64,000 bases of DNA, taken from the NCBI GenBank assembly GCA_040954595.2, contig CM082578.2, positions 6,991,519-7,055,518 on the forward strand, written 5' to 3'. Numbering within the stretch: position 1 is the stretch's first letter; the number at the start of each line of letters is the position of its first letter. The notes below the pieces were generated by a model, which saw only the letters and a list, made by a program, of their open reading frames with translations, was not told the DNA's origin and searched no databases. This DNA comes from Balanoglossus misakiensis (Eukaryota > Animalia > Hemichordata). The position numbers and the translations under genes are program-made. Of this stretch, positions 37,701 through 51,562 are shown piece by piece.

Positions 37701-40700
37701 ACCTACCTTTGCTTTCCATGTGTTTAGAGTAATTCTTGGCACAATCCTCTTCCGGCATTTCGATCAGTGTGTTGAGAGCTTTCTTGCAAAAGTCCTCAGC
37801 TTGTCTAGTTTTCAGTTGATACAGATGCCACTCGGCTAAACTCTCCTCAATCTTGAACATCATAACCATTTCCCTGCTATCTAGAGGAATTTTCTGAGTT
37901 TGAAGAGAGACAATTGCAAGTCAGAAGTGAGAGGATAATTTACATGCATGTGGGATGTACCTGGATATGGTACTTTTACCATTTTATGGACATATGTAAA
38001 TTGGAGGTGAGCGTGTACCTTTAATCACTGATGATGATTCCACTCTAATACAGAAGTTATAAACATTGATAATAATTAATACTCTGCTGAATAACTACTA
38101 CCAACAGACACCCATGCTATATGGTCTACCATAATACAGTAGCTCGGCGCACACATATGTAGACTCACCTGTTTAATGTAGCTGTAAGCCATGTGTAACA
38201 ACTTCCCTGCACTCTCAAACTGGTTGAGTTCATTCAAGAACTGGCCTGCGTGTCTGGCCAGTGCAGCCAGCTCATCCTTACCTAACGGTTCCATGTCATC
38301 TGTTGAGATAAAAACAGTCACATGTTACAAGAACTGTGCCAGAAAAATGCTCTCAATCTGAAACTACAGGATCCTGATATGTGCTACATAAGTCGTATTT
38401 GAATCTCAACTTCTCAACATTGAAAAATTTTACTTGATGATACACATTTTTAATTTTAGCGTTTTAATTAAGTGTTACTCAGTTGTTTTAACGCAACAAG
38501 ATAGCTCCATCTTACCCGTGGACACCGTGTCAATGAAACTGTCTGACGTTGCGGTCAGAAACAGATCCTCGATCTTGGCCCTGTCTTCGTTGATCTCGTC
38601 CATGTTGTGTTCCATCATCAGGTCATCGCCTGTGTTCGTCTCACTCAGAAGACCGCACTCCATACTATTCACACTCATGCTGTCCCCGTCTTGGCTGGCA
38701 GGAGGCTGGATCTCGTCGTCGACGTCTTTAAGACTGTCGGCGGGAGTGGCCGGCGTGTTCGTGTTCTCAGCGCTGTAGGCTTCTTCGATGATAGACAGCT
38801 GCTTCACCAGATCTTTCCTCCCGATGTTTAGTTTGTCTGGAAAAAAAAAGTTTGTGCGTTTTGAATCTTGTGTGGGAATGTAAATCGTACTAGAATAACT
38901 TGGCTGTTGACATTTATACGATTTTTGAGTAACTCTGGACTTCAAATGAGAAAGGCCTACCTCTGCTTTGAAGGTTCCCATCACTGATATCACCTTCTGT
39001 CAACTGTAAAGGACAAAGTTGATTAATCCTAAATTCGGACTGACTTCAAGTTATTGCTAGAATAATACATGTACTGCAAGCTTCTTTTAAAACAAGCATG
39101 ATCTCAAGCAAATTTAAATTAAAATACGAAGAGGTTCAAACATATACAAGTGTTCTGAAAATCAACATGCATCTCTGTGTCTCACATTAAAACCTATGAA
39201 CATATATATCATATCAAGTGGCTTCTAACCTGCATCTTCTCAGACCATCCAACACACTCGTCTCCGACATCAAGTACAATTTCGACAAGGCTACTGATTT
39301 CTTCACGAGGGCGCACATCGCTGGCTTTTTCCACCATTTCCGTGTAAAGCTCTTCCGGTTGAAATCCGGCCTCTTGCAGGATCTTCCAGTAATGATGAAG
39401 ATCTAGCTTCCTGGACTCATCCTCTCCGTTCATGGCAGAAAATGTTCTGGGGAAAAGATCATATCAGGTGTCTCAACGGTAAAATATGATATACCAGATG
39501 TCTCAGTGTTTTTATCACTGGAAGTGATAACAGAGAAATTTTGGATAAAGTTTCTTTTAAATTTCATCTGGACAACATTGAATGAAGCAATAAAATTTTA
39601 CTTTGAACGCTTATCAAAGTGGTACGCTTATCAAAGTGGTAAACTTTTTAAACATTTAAACATAATAACATTGTCATTAAAACATTCAGAGGTAGAAAAG
39701 GCAACTTCAAAGTAAAAGTTAGTGAATGTACCGGTACTCCAAACTGCGCCACCAAGTGCCAAAAATTGAAAATTCTGCGTAATGTGAACTGCAGAGGGCC
39801 AGCTCCTACCTTGGCTCTGTGAGAACTTTACTTAGAGCAGCCAACTCTCCGCTCATTTCCAGTTGCCAAGGCAGCTCTTCAGACCTCCTGGGACTGTGGC
39901 TCTGCTGCATAAAATAATGGGCCACATGTCTGTGGTACTGCTGCTTTGTCCTTTCCCACTCTTGAGGCATGTTGGGGTTGCTGGTCGGCCGAGCTGTGTT
40001 CCCGACAACACCTACGTACAAAACACCACACAATTTTGTGAAGGAATTCCTGTCACTCTCATGTTCTGAGGCACACAGCACAATAAAACTGTTTTCTCTT
40101 AGAGCCTAGAGGCATACGGCCACCTATGCAAATTTATCCACAGCAACCATGGAGAGCGGAGATGTAACCAATCACAGACTTTTACAATGGCCACACACAA
40201 AAAGTGTGTCACAACATGACCATTTGAAGACTTCAATATACAGGTATATGTAAACTGACGGTGATTGTGTCGCTTTCACCCCTGTTTCCCTCAATAGAGG
40301 TCCAACTTTACCATAGAAAACACTGGATTTGGATCAAACCATGGCGGTGAAAGGGGGTAAACCACAGCCGAGGTTGTCATATAACTTACCAAGCAACGTG
40401 TGATCCAGTGCCTCTCTGAGATGTTGATGGAAGAAAGTTAACAGACCACTGGGCCTCTCTATCAAGGCATCCAATGAGGCCGTTCTGAACATTGCCCAGT
40501 CTAAGGACGAAACTTCAGTGCTTCCAGTGTAACCTATCATTTTAAGGATTTCCAAAATTTCCCCCTCTGTCAGGCCTTGTCTGGAGACAGCAATGAGCCT
40601 CATGGCGTCTGCCACCCAGCCAATTAACGCTGGCAAAACAAAACAAAACAAGACAGTTGATTTTAAAAGATACGGATGCTGTTGTGTGGATGGACTGTTA

Positions 40701-43700
40701 CATATATGCAAATTTGTGTCTTACCAGTACATGTACTATTAGACTCCCATAGTCACTCACTTCGTGGTTATGTTATAAATTCTCAGCAAGGACAACAATA
40801 TGGCAGTGATGTGTCAAAATGCCCTCCCCAAAAGAATGTAGTGAATATCAAGACAGTCAACTGTGGTTAGAATATAGTATACCATGTATTATATATGACA
40901 GACCTTGATTGATCAAAAGTATAAAAAAAAACTGAAAATATGATGCACCACACAGTGGTACAGTGGCCAGATGTCAGCTTTAGTTGACAACCAATTTCAT
41001 CAAGAAGCAAACAATATAGTGGCATACAAAATAACCCCACACTTACGGACAGGTTGTGTGGCCGAGGAACTGGTCACACTAGTGGTGATGGACGACGCGG
41101 CCAGATCGGGCGTCCAGCTGTAATCCTTGATCCACCTCTCCAGTATGAGTCGCCAGAGGTCGCGGTTGTTGGAGGTCTCCAAGTAACACCCCAGCTGCTT
41201 GTTCAGGTTCTTGTGCGAGCCGATCACTCGCAGCTCGTTGGCCAGGACGGAGAGGAAGAGCGGTCGGTCGCTCAGCTTCCACTCCACTATCTCGCTGACC
41301 TGGTCTCTGTCCAGACTTTTGCAGTGCAGGGCCAGGTGTTCCTCCACTATGCTTCGCTTCATGTCGCCGCTGTTCATCAGTGCTAAGGTGTGGATGATGG
41401 TGTCCTTGCGACGCGACAGCGCTTGGTAGCTTCGGTCTGATCGCACCGTGGTGAGGATGATTTTGCACTGCGGCGGAATTGGAGTTGCTAGCCATGATAA
41501 TTCTTTTATCTGAAAACAGTATATAGTAATTATTTGTTTTTAATTCTTCTTTGGTTAACTTTCAACAGCCACCAAATCTGAACTGCAGGCTGACTTAGTT
41601 CTGATGATAGTGCTGTAAAATGAAACTGAGGTGCTTAATGATGAAGATGGTACTTTTTCTCACAGATAATTGGTCACCGACTGGAAAGGCTCCCCTAGTT
41701 TGTAGAAAAAAACATCTGACCAGATAATCTTTAAACTCCCTGTCTCCTACCTTCCCTTACAACAATCACCCCCCTCCCCCAAAAAGAATGTATTTCTGAA
41801 GACTTTTTACCTGTTGCGCACTATGTCCATATGTTGCACTCAGTTCATCGACTCCATCGATGATCAACACACACGGTCCCATATCAATGGCAGCTGTAAA
41901 GGCTTCTGAGATGTGATGAAAATCAGCCAAGTCATGCGTGCTTGCCGATGATGCTGTGTCTCTCTGTTCACCTGAAGGGAGATATAGCATGCTTTAGATC
42001 AATACTAGAGGATAAATTTATCATTTCTGTGTGATCTTTTCGTCCTTCCATAAAATGTGCTTCCAAATGCGACAAAATTGTCTTGTTCTGTCTATCGTGC
42101 AGCATTTCACAGGAGGATCAAGACAATGCCTTTTGACAGAGAACAAAATTGGCATGGCAGATATCACAGCACATACCACCCTGTCACAACCCACGAGAAT
42201 TCTCCTCAGCCCATCCCTGTGAAATCCCCCCCCAACCCCACCCCAAAATGAGCATGTCCTCACCAATGTATTCGTCTCTGAGGTCGTAGGTCGCTCGTCT
42301 CATGAAACTACTGATGTCCGTACTGATTGAACTGGCACCAACGTAATGAGTCAAGACTTTGACAGCAGGGTTGTTCTCTTGGAAATCTTTGACCCAGTTG
42401 GCCACCACGCTGCTTTTCCCACTTCCTCTCTCACCAAGCAACACGAAAATGGACTTGTCGCTCGCGTTGACATCTCTTAAATTTAAAAGTGCAGTATTTT
42501 AAGTTATCGCCCCCACACAGAAAATTGAATTCAGATAAACGGGCATATATTTGGATAAGATATTATATTCAAAATTCTACCATCACAGACTGTTACATAT
42601 GTTTCTATTTATAGTAACAACCAAGACAGAGAAATTTATTTTCAGAGATATGTTCTTTCATAATAAATGCATGGTTTCTTTTAATAATTAAATTCACGCA
42701 TGACTAAAGACGAATTATTTATGGTACAGATAACGAAAGTAAATCACAGATATAGTTTGAAAGTTCTCATTTTATGTGCTGGTTTACAATACCATCCCAT
42801 CGTATGGTGATTATTTCCTCCCACTTCAAAGTCAACAATGGCCCTCATAGGTGCTTGGATGACAAGCATCTCTTTAATCATTGTCAAGTCTACAATGGCT
42901 GCCAGAAAGAGGCAAATGCACAATGGCAATACTCCTGAAAGCACAACAATCGGTGTCTGTGTCACTTTTGGTGTTCTATGGAAAGTGGTAGGCGGGCACT
43001 TAAATAGTGAACTAAATCAAGGTTTGTTGATCTAGGCCAATTCAATGAACCCAACGATAGTTCCAGTTTTTTTAATTTTGTGATCATGAATGACCCTGAA
43101 CACAAGGCTGGAGTCAAGTGATATTATTACAGTCACTAGAGACCCTATTACACCCAAGTAAAGTGTTCTTGAGAAGTGCAACATTGCTAAACCAACCACC
43201 CTGACTAGACCAAGTACACTACCACACACACCTGGTGTTATCTAGCGGCAAAGGATCTCTTGAAATCTTACTGACAGTACTTCACAAGTTTTCAAGGGTA
43301 TGTAGCCAAGCTGCTACAAAAGATACATTTAAATTAAACTCACAAGACAGACAGCCTCCCACTCAATACAAATGTCCAACAACCCGTGACCCAACAATCA
43401 CTACTTTGTACTGAACACAAAAGGGTGTTCAGTCACCGTGGAATGTCTTTGGAAAATAGAGAAGATAACCACTATACTACAAATGAAAATTCCTTGGGAA
43501 ACAGGAATGTTAAAATGCTTGTTTTTGTAAAAATGTTAATCTTGGTGTACATGTTGTTATTATTTAAATAACAATCCGGTAGACATTAAAAAGCTGCTTT
43601 CATAAATAAAAGTTAAACCGCTGCCTTCTATTTCCATGGCTGGCCAATGGTAAACACAACCACATTTTTACAATTGCTATGATGCAACAAGAACGCTTTT

Positions 43701-46700
43701 CCACTTCAGTAAATACTAACGGTGTTTACAGTCTGTCTGACGGATCCCCTCATCAAAGAAAATGGTTTCCCTGAGTGCTTGTTCACGGAGCTAGCTATTT
43801 CTCAAGCAAGCATTGTCTGATGCTGGGAATGGAAGCATGACATGCCAGTAACTAAGATTGGATTTCCTGATTGGGTTGCCATTAATCAAAAACCTGGTAG
43901 CATTTCTAAACAATGTACACTGAAAGATGCATACCAGGGAAGATCTGAAATTTAAAATGGCCGAAAAAAGATGGGCATATGAGATCCGGGACAAATTATA
44001 AACAAACTGCCTACCTTGTACTAGTGCCACCGACCATAATATTGCCAGAATGATTGTGTAGCTTGTTCACACTGCCAGTTTCATCTGCAAAATTTCCAGC
44101 AGCAGATTCTACGAAGTTGTCTAATTTTGCATAGAGTGTTTGGATTTCGGGAGTTGTAACAAAAACTCGTCTTCTGGTCTCTGCGTATGCTTCATGAGCC
44201 GTCCACTCTTGAAACTGTCCTCCACCTGGAAGAAAAAAGTCACAGATTGAGAAATGTTTTCAAATGAACATCACTACATTTTCCTGGCTTGGAGTGCTCG
44301 TTCAGCTCATTTGTAACCACTATTTACAGAACTTTAACGTTCAATACAATTTGTAAAAAAGGTACTTTTTCACAATAGAAATTTCACTTGCAGCAAGTCA
44401 GTGCGCTCAAAAGGTCACACCAGATTTTTAAAATTTTGGTTTATTAATCATCACATCACATACTTTTTTACACCAGTGCTAATTTCGAAAACAATGCCTG
44501 GTACACATGTGAAACTGAAGACTGATGAAACATCTCTGGCTCATCCATCTCCATGACCACTCACCCATTTCAGCCACTAACTGTGTAATATCAGGAGCCA
44601 CAGTGTCAATGACATTGCTCCAATCTTCCAGAATGTGGTCGCCGAGCTCTTGTGGTGTCTTGAAGAATTTGATCGGAAGACCTTTCTTGGCTATCCTTTG
44701 TTTCAAGTCCCTCATCTTCAACTCCGCAAAGTCACTTTCACTGGAGTATATCTGTTGAGCAAAATATGACATTATATTCAAAGAATTCAGAAATATTTTT
44801 TTTTTTTTCCTTTTTATTGTACATTTATCTTGGTAAAACGCAAAATAAAATTGTCAAAGGTCGCATACAAATACAATGTACTTGGTTAGTAACGAGTTAA
44901 CTTCCTTCTGTCTGGTACGTTTCACCTGAAACCTTCATAAGTCAAAGAGTAATTGGTTGCCAAGATATCCAAACCTAGTTGCTATAAAGACTAGAAGTCC
45001 ATTAGCAATGATACAAGGTATCATTAATGTTTGTTTGTAGCTGTAGTGATCGGCTTCTGTGGTGATTGTATTATTTTTACATTTGACCGGTGGATAAGTA
45101 AAGCATATTGGCATAAAATAAAATCAGAGGATCAAAATAAATCTTCAGGGCTTTTAGTTTAAAATCATTTTTAGCCATACAAAAGTCTGACCACATCACT
45201 GAATATAATGTTTTGAAAAAATAATTGCCTTATTTCTTAATCACAACACCTTTCTCCTCTGTAACAACAATGAAATAACCCATCTTCGTCTATCTTTAGG
45301 GTGTTTCTGTTCATAATAAAACTGCACCAACGTGAGCAGTATTTATTCTTCAATTAATGTGATATCAGTGTGATCAGCTAGGTGACAAATGGTAAATTAA
45401 ACCTGATAAATTTTAGCACAACTGCCAAACAATAATAGGCAACCAAACAAGCCACAGTTGGTTTCACAGGTATTTGTTGATGCCATTTATCGTCCACCAG
45501 AGCCAATGTTTCACAGGAGATCACACAAAACAGGTCCCACAAACTGAACATTCTATATTCTGCAATACCCAGTGAAGAAATCATTTCTCGCAAAATACTT
45601 CTACTGGTTATTTAGCTATATTGACTTTAATAACCCACATCACTTTGCCAATTTAGCACATATGGATGTTAATTTCATTTCAAATACACATATGTGCTCA
45701 CACCCACATTGGATGGGCAGCTGTAATTTGAAATAACAATTGACACATTACTCAACACACCATGTAACAGCCTGTTTTAGAAAAAAAATCATTAATCCTG
45801 CTCTTTTGTTTTACCCAGTAAGCAATAATGGCACCTGTTACACTGATTAAATATGCAAAGCATGAATAATTAATATTGTTTAGTCGCATGCTCTAACGAT
45901 TTTAGATCTATTGTCAGTGCTAACTCAACACCAGCGAAGTTGTTCACACTCCAACTGCTGCAATAGCATGTGTCATATAGTATTTCATGTTCACGCATAT
46001 TTATTACAATGTGTTGAGGCAAATATAATATTGTGTAATTGAAAATATAAGGGTGTGAGGCATCAGCATACGAACAACTTCTCTGGGAATATTGTCTCCT
46101 ACATGTACGTCAGACATTTTATTGTTAATAATAAAGTTCTTTTTTTTTTAAATGGCTATGACATTGACTTTGGCCTTGAAATCAATTCCTTATCAGATTA
46201 ATATTGAGATTAATGCTGTTTACATTTATAAACATGTAATGGTCAGTAGGCTTTATTTGCTTGCGTTGCCATGCCAAAAAGTTAAAGCAAACATAACGAA
46301 TCACCCTGTCACAGATTCACCACATTCGCCACTTACAGTCTTACATGCAAGACTTATCCTGAGACAACAGTGGTACAAAACATGTGATTTAATGGACAAT
46401 ACCAGATTCCAATCGGAAATGCCGGCAAACTGCATGTATGCAATCAGTGAACAAAGGCGCACTTTACACATTTGAATAGAACATCGTGGTTAAGTGAGTT
46501 TCACACAGACAATGTTGAATTGAAGACTAATCGGTAGATGTTCTCTGTTCAGCTTATTGTTCCAAAGCAAGGTTTTAGTTCCTTTATCCCTGTGGGATTT
46601 GTTGGAACAAAGGACAACATTATTTTGACTCCAGAACAATTTCCTCTTTTAGTCGCCGTACCCTAAATCTGATTTTAATAAAATTGTGTTATGTCATACT

Positions 46701-48506
46701 TTCTTTTGACAATCAGATGACCAATCATCCACACAGGCAATTAAAATAAATTTGCCCTGTTTTTCTTCTACAAAATCATTTCTGACTTCTTCTACAACCA
46801 ATATAAAAAATTCCACTGTGATCATTTAGACACACAAAGAACAAAGTTGAGCTCTTATTCACACACCTTAAAATGAAAACTACATTTATTATGAGTCATT
46901 TCTTTATGACATACAGACAACCATTAAGCACTACTCAAAGTAAAGAGAGCATTTACACACAGAAGGGTCACTCTACCACATCAGAACATTCAATCCTTTC
47001 ATATTTATCAAGACTATTGAATATTTCGTTTACTCTTCAATTAGAAAAAGTTAAAACTGCACAGCTACTTCAAACAGGAATTCCACATCACTTCAAGTTT
47101 TGTTCCTTGAGAGGACAAGAAAGTGCTGAGAAGGTAATATGAACCTGAAAAGGTGATATTAATACAGGAACTACAGAACCATGACAACAGTACAGTTCGC
47201 AGTTAAAGAATCCCATCTGCATTTTCTATTAAAAACGATCAATGCAGTGTGATTTCACACTTTGGCTCGGTCTTTCACTTTAATTCAATGACCTTAAATT
47301 CTATGCACTTTTTCATCCCGTTGTTTCTAAACTGCCTAGCAACGGAATTAACACCATCAACAAAGCCACAGAATACCGGGTGACGTGAAGTACCCAAAGG
47401 GGACAATAATTGGGTATCCGATCGCACCAACGCTGTGTGTTCTGTGATGGGTCGGTAGCAAGGGGCAAAGTTGCTGTCTGACGTTTTGTGTTCAGAATTT
47501 ATAGGGTTAAAAGAACTTGAGTGGCTGAATGCCCCACAAACAATGAATTGTGTGCCTCTTGTATCTATTCCCAGATGTCATTCTAGTAATGGATAACAAG
47601 AGACGATATGGAAGAAAGCACTTTTACTTTTTAGAGCTGATTGTTGTTCTTTATTCTGTCAATATTTGAATTCTCTGAAGAAAAGGGAAAAAAATTCAAA
47701 CTACCGGTATTATCAGAAATATTATCTTTAGACATAATACACATTTATGATTTTTTACTTTCAATTCTTTATCACACCTGCAATTTTAACCGTTCATAAT
47801 ATGCAAGCACATTATATCCTCACATTCAGATTTTTTACCACTGCATATTTGAATTCTGTAATATGCACCTTTTCTGTCCAGTCAACTTCATAACTCTTAC
47901 CTTTAATTTCTCTTCCCTTTCTGCTTCAGGAAGATCTGTAAATAAGTAGTCGACGTGAGCCGTCTGTCGCACATAGAAGTGACAGTGCGTATTGTCATTG
48001 AGAACCGCAGCCTGTATGATTTCAAGTTCCGTGACGCTGGAAGTCTGATGTGATTCTTGTAAAATCCACGGGTACCCGTTGTTTGCAGCAACCAGGAAGT
48101 TCTTATCCAACCAGTGAGCGTCTTCCGGTAAATCGTGGAATTTCTTCGGCAGCGGCGCAGCGTCCGGCGGCCTGTGCGAACCATAGCGCTCCCCGAGAAG
48201 ACAGATAAAGTAAGGAGTGCATCGATTGACATAATCCAGACACAGCTCTATCACACTGCCGGACTTTGTCTGCTCGTCGTTGATCCCCCACCGGAGATCA
48301 ACCGGAGCGAAGTAGGAACCGCGACTCCGGCATATCTTGTCCAACTGCGGGAAGATCTTCTTCACCAGGAAGTCTCTTTCTTCGTGGAAGTCAACAAACG
48401 TGGAACTCAAAAACGGTCTGATTGGTTGTCGCCACATAAACTGGCGTTTGAGCGTACTCATGCTGCGTTGCAGCTTTGGCCTTCTTGTTGAACTGGAAGA
48501 CTTCAT
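34735..48506 (-). CDS. TTC41: DUF4062-NACHT(P-loop)-TPR protein, TTC41/GNN-like (NPHP3/TEP1-related), about 16 coding exons
   Basis: Exon 48506-47901: IRPFLSSTFVDFHEERDFL...VDLRWG...FICLLGERYG...SVTELEI (DUF4062). 42475-42264: Walker A GERGSGKS. 41971-41811: Walker B LIIDGVDEL. Further exons at ~44751-44565, 44225-44015, 41509-41047, 40629-40390, ~40010-39810, ~39445-39230, ~38835-38515, ~38300-38170, ~37890-37708, ~37205-37060, 36705-36555 and ~36315-36205 (TPR-like, HPLVAEVLDDLA). Last exon ~35902-34735 encodes a disordered Ser-rich tail. Some boundaries are approximate. Confidence 0.82.
40274..40360. mobile_element. Short piggyBac-like MITE, diverged copy
   Basis: tttcacccctgtttc...ggatttggatcaaaccatggcggtgaaaggg; same family as 53869-53951. 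Confidence 0.5.
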
Positions 48507-48973
48507 TTTGGCACAAATTACCGACGACGTCTCTTTGAGGTCGTCACCAGAACACCTGATACATTATCTGGTCTATCTATCTATCATTTTATTTACACTT
48601 GACATTGGCGCCTCCGCACCGGCCCAATTTCATCACGAACTTCAAGTTTGACTTCTCTGTTGTTTCTTCTTTGTGTGAACACCATTTACACACCTGGAAG
48701 TGAACATATTACATTTAATATTTTTTGCAAAACATGAAATATTCTTGAATTTTTTATAAATCCTGACATTACAAAAAAAACACCTTCTAATTTCACTTTA
48801 TACAACTGTAAGTATGCACTCACACAGAACTGGGTACCTCTTCGAAGTTAAACTTGAATGGATATACATCTGCCTCTGCAGGGGTGTTGGACATTTCAAT
48901 TGAAATCAACATTCATATGTATTATTATAGTAGTAAGTTACTGAGAAGTTATTTAATAATTAGGTAATGGTTA

Positions 48974-49784
48974 GGCTGCATTCACAAACACCTCTGGAGG
49001 GGGGGGGGGCGGGAGAATTCAATTTTTTTTACCGCTAATTTTCACATGCCCCCCTTCCGAACTGCCAATATTTTCAAATCCCCCCCTTCCGAACTGCCAA
49101 AATTTTGAAATCCCCCCCCCCCCATTGTCTTTCACAGAGCAAAACCCATCACCTATCTATCTTGTAAAAAGAAAAACAGCGCTCCCATGAAAAGAATTTG
49201 AAACTGATGTTTCCCCTCATCAGTGGGTATTAAAACTGAACATTGTTTTTATTTTTTAAGTACATATATTCGTATTCTGTGTTTGGAGACTTTGTAAACC
49301 GAGAATTGAAGGGGGTGGGTTTGGGAGGGGGTGTCCCCCTCCCACGTAAGAAAATTTTCTAAAATACAGAGCTCAAAGCTGCATTTTAATGAACCCGGCA
49401 AAAGCAAATTAACTCAACTACAGGTATGTTGGGGAGGACAAATTTAACCGTCGGCGCTCAAAGTTATCATGGGGTGGGGCAAGTCCCCTGACCTGGGACA
49501 CTAGATAAACCAGTCAATGATTGAAAGGTGTTGATGAATGGAGGGGGTGGGTGTGGGAGGGGGTGTCCCCCTCCCACATGAGAAAATTTTGTAAAATAAA
49601 GGGCGCGAAACTGCATTTTTGTGGACTCAAAATAAATATTTAGCCGTTAAAGTTTTCAAGTCCCCCCCTTTCAGTCCCTAAATTATTTCAAATGCCCCCC
49701 CTCACATACCCTCAATTTTTTCAAATCCCCCCCCTCAATTCTCCTGCCCCCCCCCCCCCTCCAGAGGTGTTTGTGAATGCAGCC
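48974..49784. mobile_element. PIF/Harbinger-type MITE (~810 bp) in the 5' intron of the TTC41-like gene
   Basis: TTA at 48971-48973 and 49785-49787; ~45 bp TIRs GGCTGCATTCACAAACACCTCTGGAGGGG; subterminal ttttcaaatccccccc repeats; internal direct repeat at ~49310 and ~49543. Confidence 0.88.
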
Positions 49785-50445
49785 TTATGGAGATAGAAAT
49801 TGTGCGTTTGGGGGAATAAAACTCCTACAGTTTTCAACCATCAACAATAATTTTCGTTTGTAACTTATAGTAATATATTCATGATAGGCAATTTGGGGGA
49901 TGATTGAGAAATTTTATTGGGACGAGTTACAACTGTTTGTTTTGTTTCACACGATCCAATCAATGGACGGAAACACTGTGGGCAAAATGTATGCCCCACC
50001 GTCAACAGTCGATAAAGTCTAGTTTTCAATCGGGAATAAAATCAAACATAGTAATTAAAAGTGATAATAGTCCCACGCCACAGACGTGTACATTAAAACC
50101 GGTTCCTTTTTCGAACAACAGACATGACTGATGAAAAAACGCTTATACCACTACCAGTAGCAATGCACAGTAAGTCTCAATATTGATATTGACAACTGTT
50201 TGTCAACGTTTTCTAAATGATAGCGGCTATTACTGCACGGTATAACGCTATTCGTCAGTCAAATGCCCACAGCAAAGAGAGAGATTTACAATCGCAATCC
50301 CCTGGATTTGAGAAATAGCGGAATTAAAGAACTGCCATACCTTTCAAAGTCATACCTCCCCAGGAAATAAACATGAGCCAATCTGCGCCTGTTCAAAGCG
50401 TTCAATGGCTATCGCTAGGCAGCAAAATACTAACGTAACCACTCG

Positions 50446-50906
50446 TAGTCTCGGTTACCCAGACGCCTTTGCTTCTTCCGATGCTCTCCAGAAAAAGGGT
50501 CTGGGGAAATGCTATTGAAAGCTTTGTAAAACAAAATGGCCGATGTCAGGATTTTGATCATCGCCTGATTGGCTGAGCTGTCAGTATGACCCGGGTCACT
50601 GACTCTCGACAATGTGTGATTATTTGTCGTATCTTCATATCAAGAGACCGGTACTTGTTGGTTGATGCGAAAGGCAAAAGGCGTCCTCATGTTAGCATTG
50701 TTGGAGAAATTATATGAAATATCTTTGGTAGACGATTGTCGAAACTATTGCAGTGACCCGGGTCATACTGACAGCTCAGCCAATCAGGCGATGATCAAAA
50801 TCCTGACATCGGCCATTTTGTTTTACAAAGCTTTCAATAGCATTTCCCCAGACCCTTTTTCTGGAGAGCATCGGAAGAAGCAAAGGCGTCTGGGTAACCG
50901 AGACTA
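50446..50906. mobile_element. Non-autonomous DNA transposon with 156 bp perfect TIRs and a 9 bp TSD (TAG...CTA ends; AcademH-like or MULE-like)
   Basis: 50446-50601 is the reverse complement of 50751-50906; AACCACTCG is duplicated at 50437-50445 and 50907-50915. Confidence 0.92.
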
Positions 50907-51344
50907 AACCACTCGGGGATCTCCTTTGACCTCGTTCAAGATCAGAATGGTCGTCCTTTTTAAAAACAACAGTTTTGGGTAACACCATCTTAAAAATACA
51001 CTCCGAATTTAATATATAAGTAAAATTGAAACATATATATTTTTTGAATTGATATTGGATGAGAGGACGTAAGTTTTGACACACGAAATGTTTTATTATC
51101 TGTACGAGGACAAGGGTCAACATCTCTACGGTGTAAGGTTTCACGATCAAGCCAGCTTAGTGACTTTGATCGCAAATTTTCAACCTTTTGAGACTGAAGA
51201 GTTTCGACGCGGTGTGCCGAAGTATTGTTATATTGATTTGGCTTGTTGGCGTTATTGTTATGACTTGTTTGTTCTCGCGGTAATAATAATAACTTGACCC
51301 GACCTCTGCAAAACACGTGTGACCTCAAAGTGTGACAGCAAGAA

Positions 51345-51445
51345 CCAATCAGAGTGGGCCACGCTTAGAAGAGGTTTTTCATGATTTGGAATAATGCAAT
51401 TGGTCAGTTTTTGTCACATGTAGCTACGCGGTGCATTCTCATTGG
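51345..51445. promoter_or_regulatory. ER stress response elements (ERSE) in the HSP90B1 promoter
   Basis: Perfect CCAAT-N9-CCACG at 51345-51363; minus-strand CCAAT-N9-CCGCG at 51427-51445; weaker CCAAT-N9-CCAAA at 51385-51403. Confidence 0.85.
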
Positions 51446-51562
51446 CTCAGAACCGGAAAGGTATTCCCTAAACTTCCAGGGATTTCCGTGTTATCTTCAG
51501 TCAGCTGCATCAGTTCACAATTTTATCGCAAGCGTCGCTTGGAGTTGAAAGAGGACGTCAAA

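Noticed and set aside
43715-43795. Possible extra small exon of the TTC41-like gene
   Set aside because: No donor gives a compatible phase, and the flanking exons join in frame without it.
50430-51150. Mirror ORFs sharing SDPGHTDSSANQAMIK
   Set aside because: Translation of the two TIR arms of the non-autonomous element.
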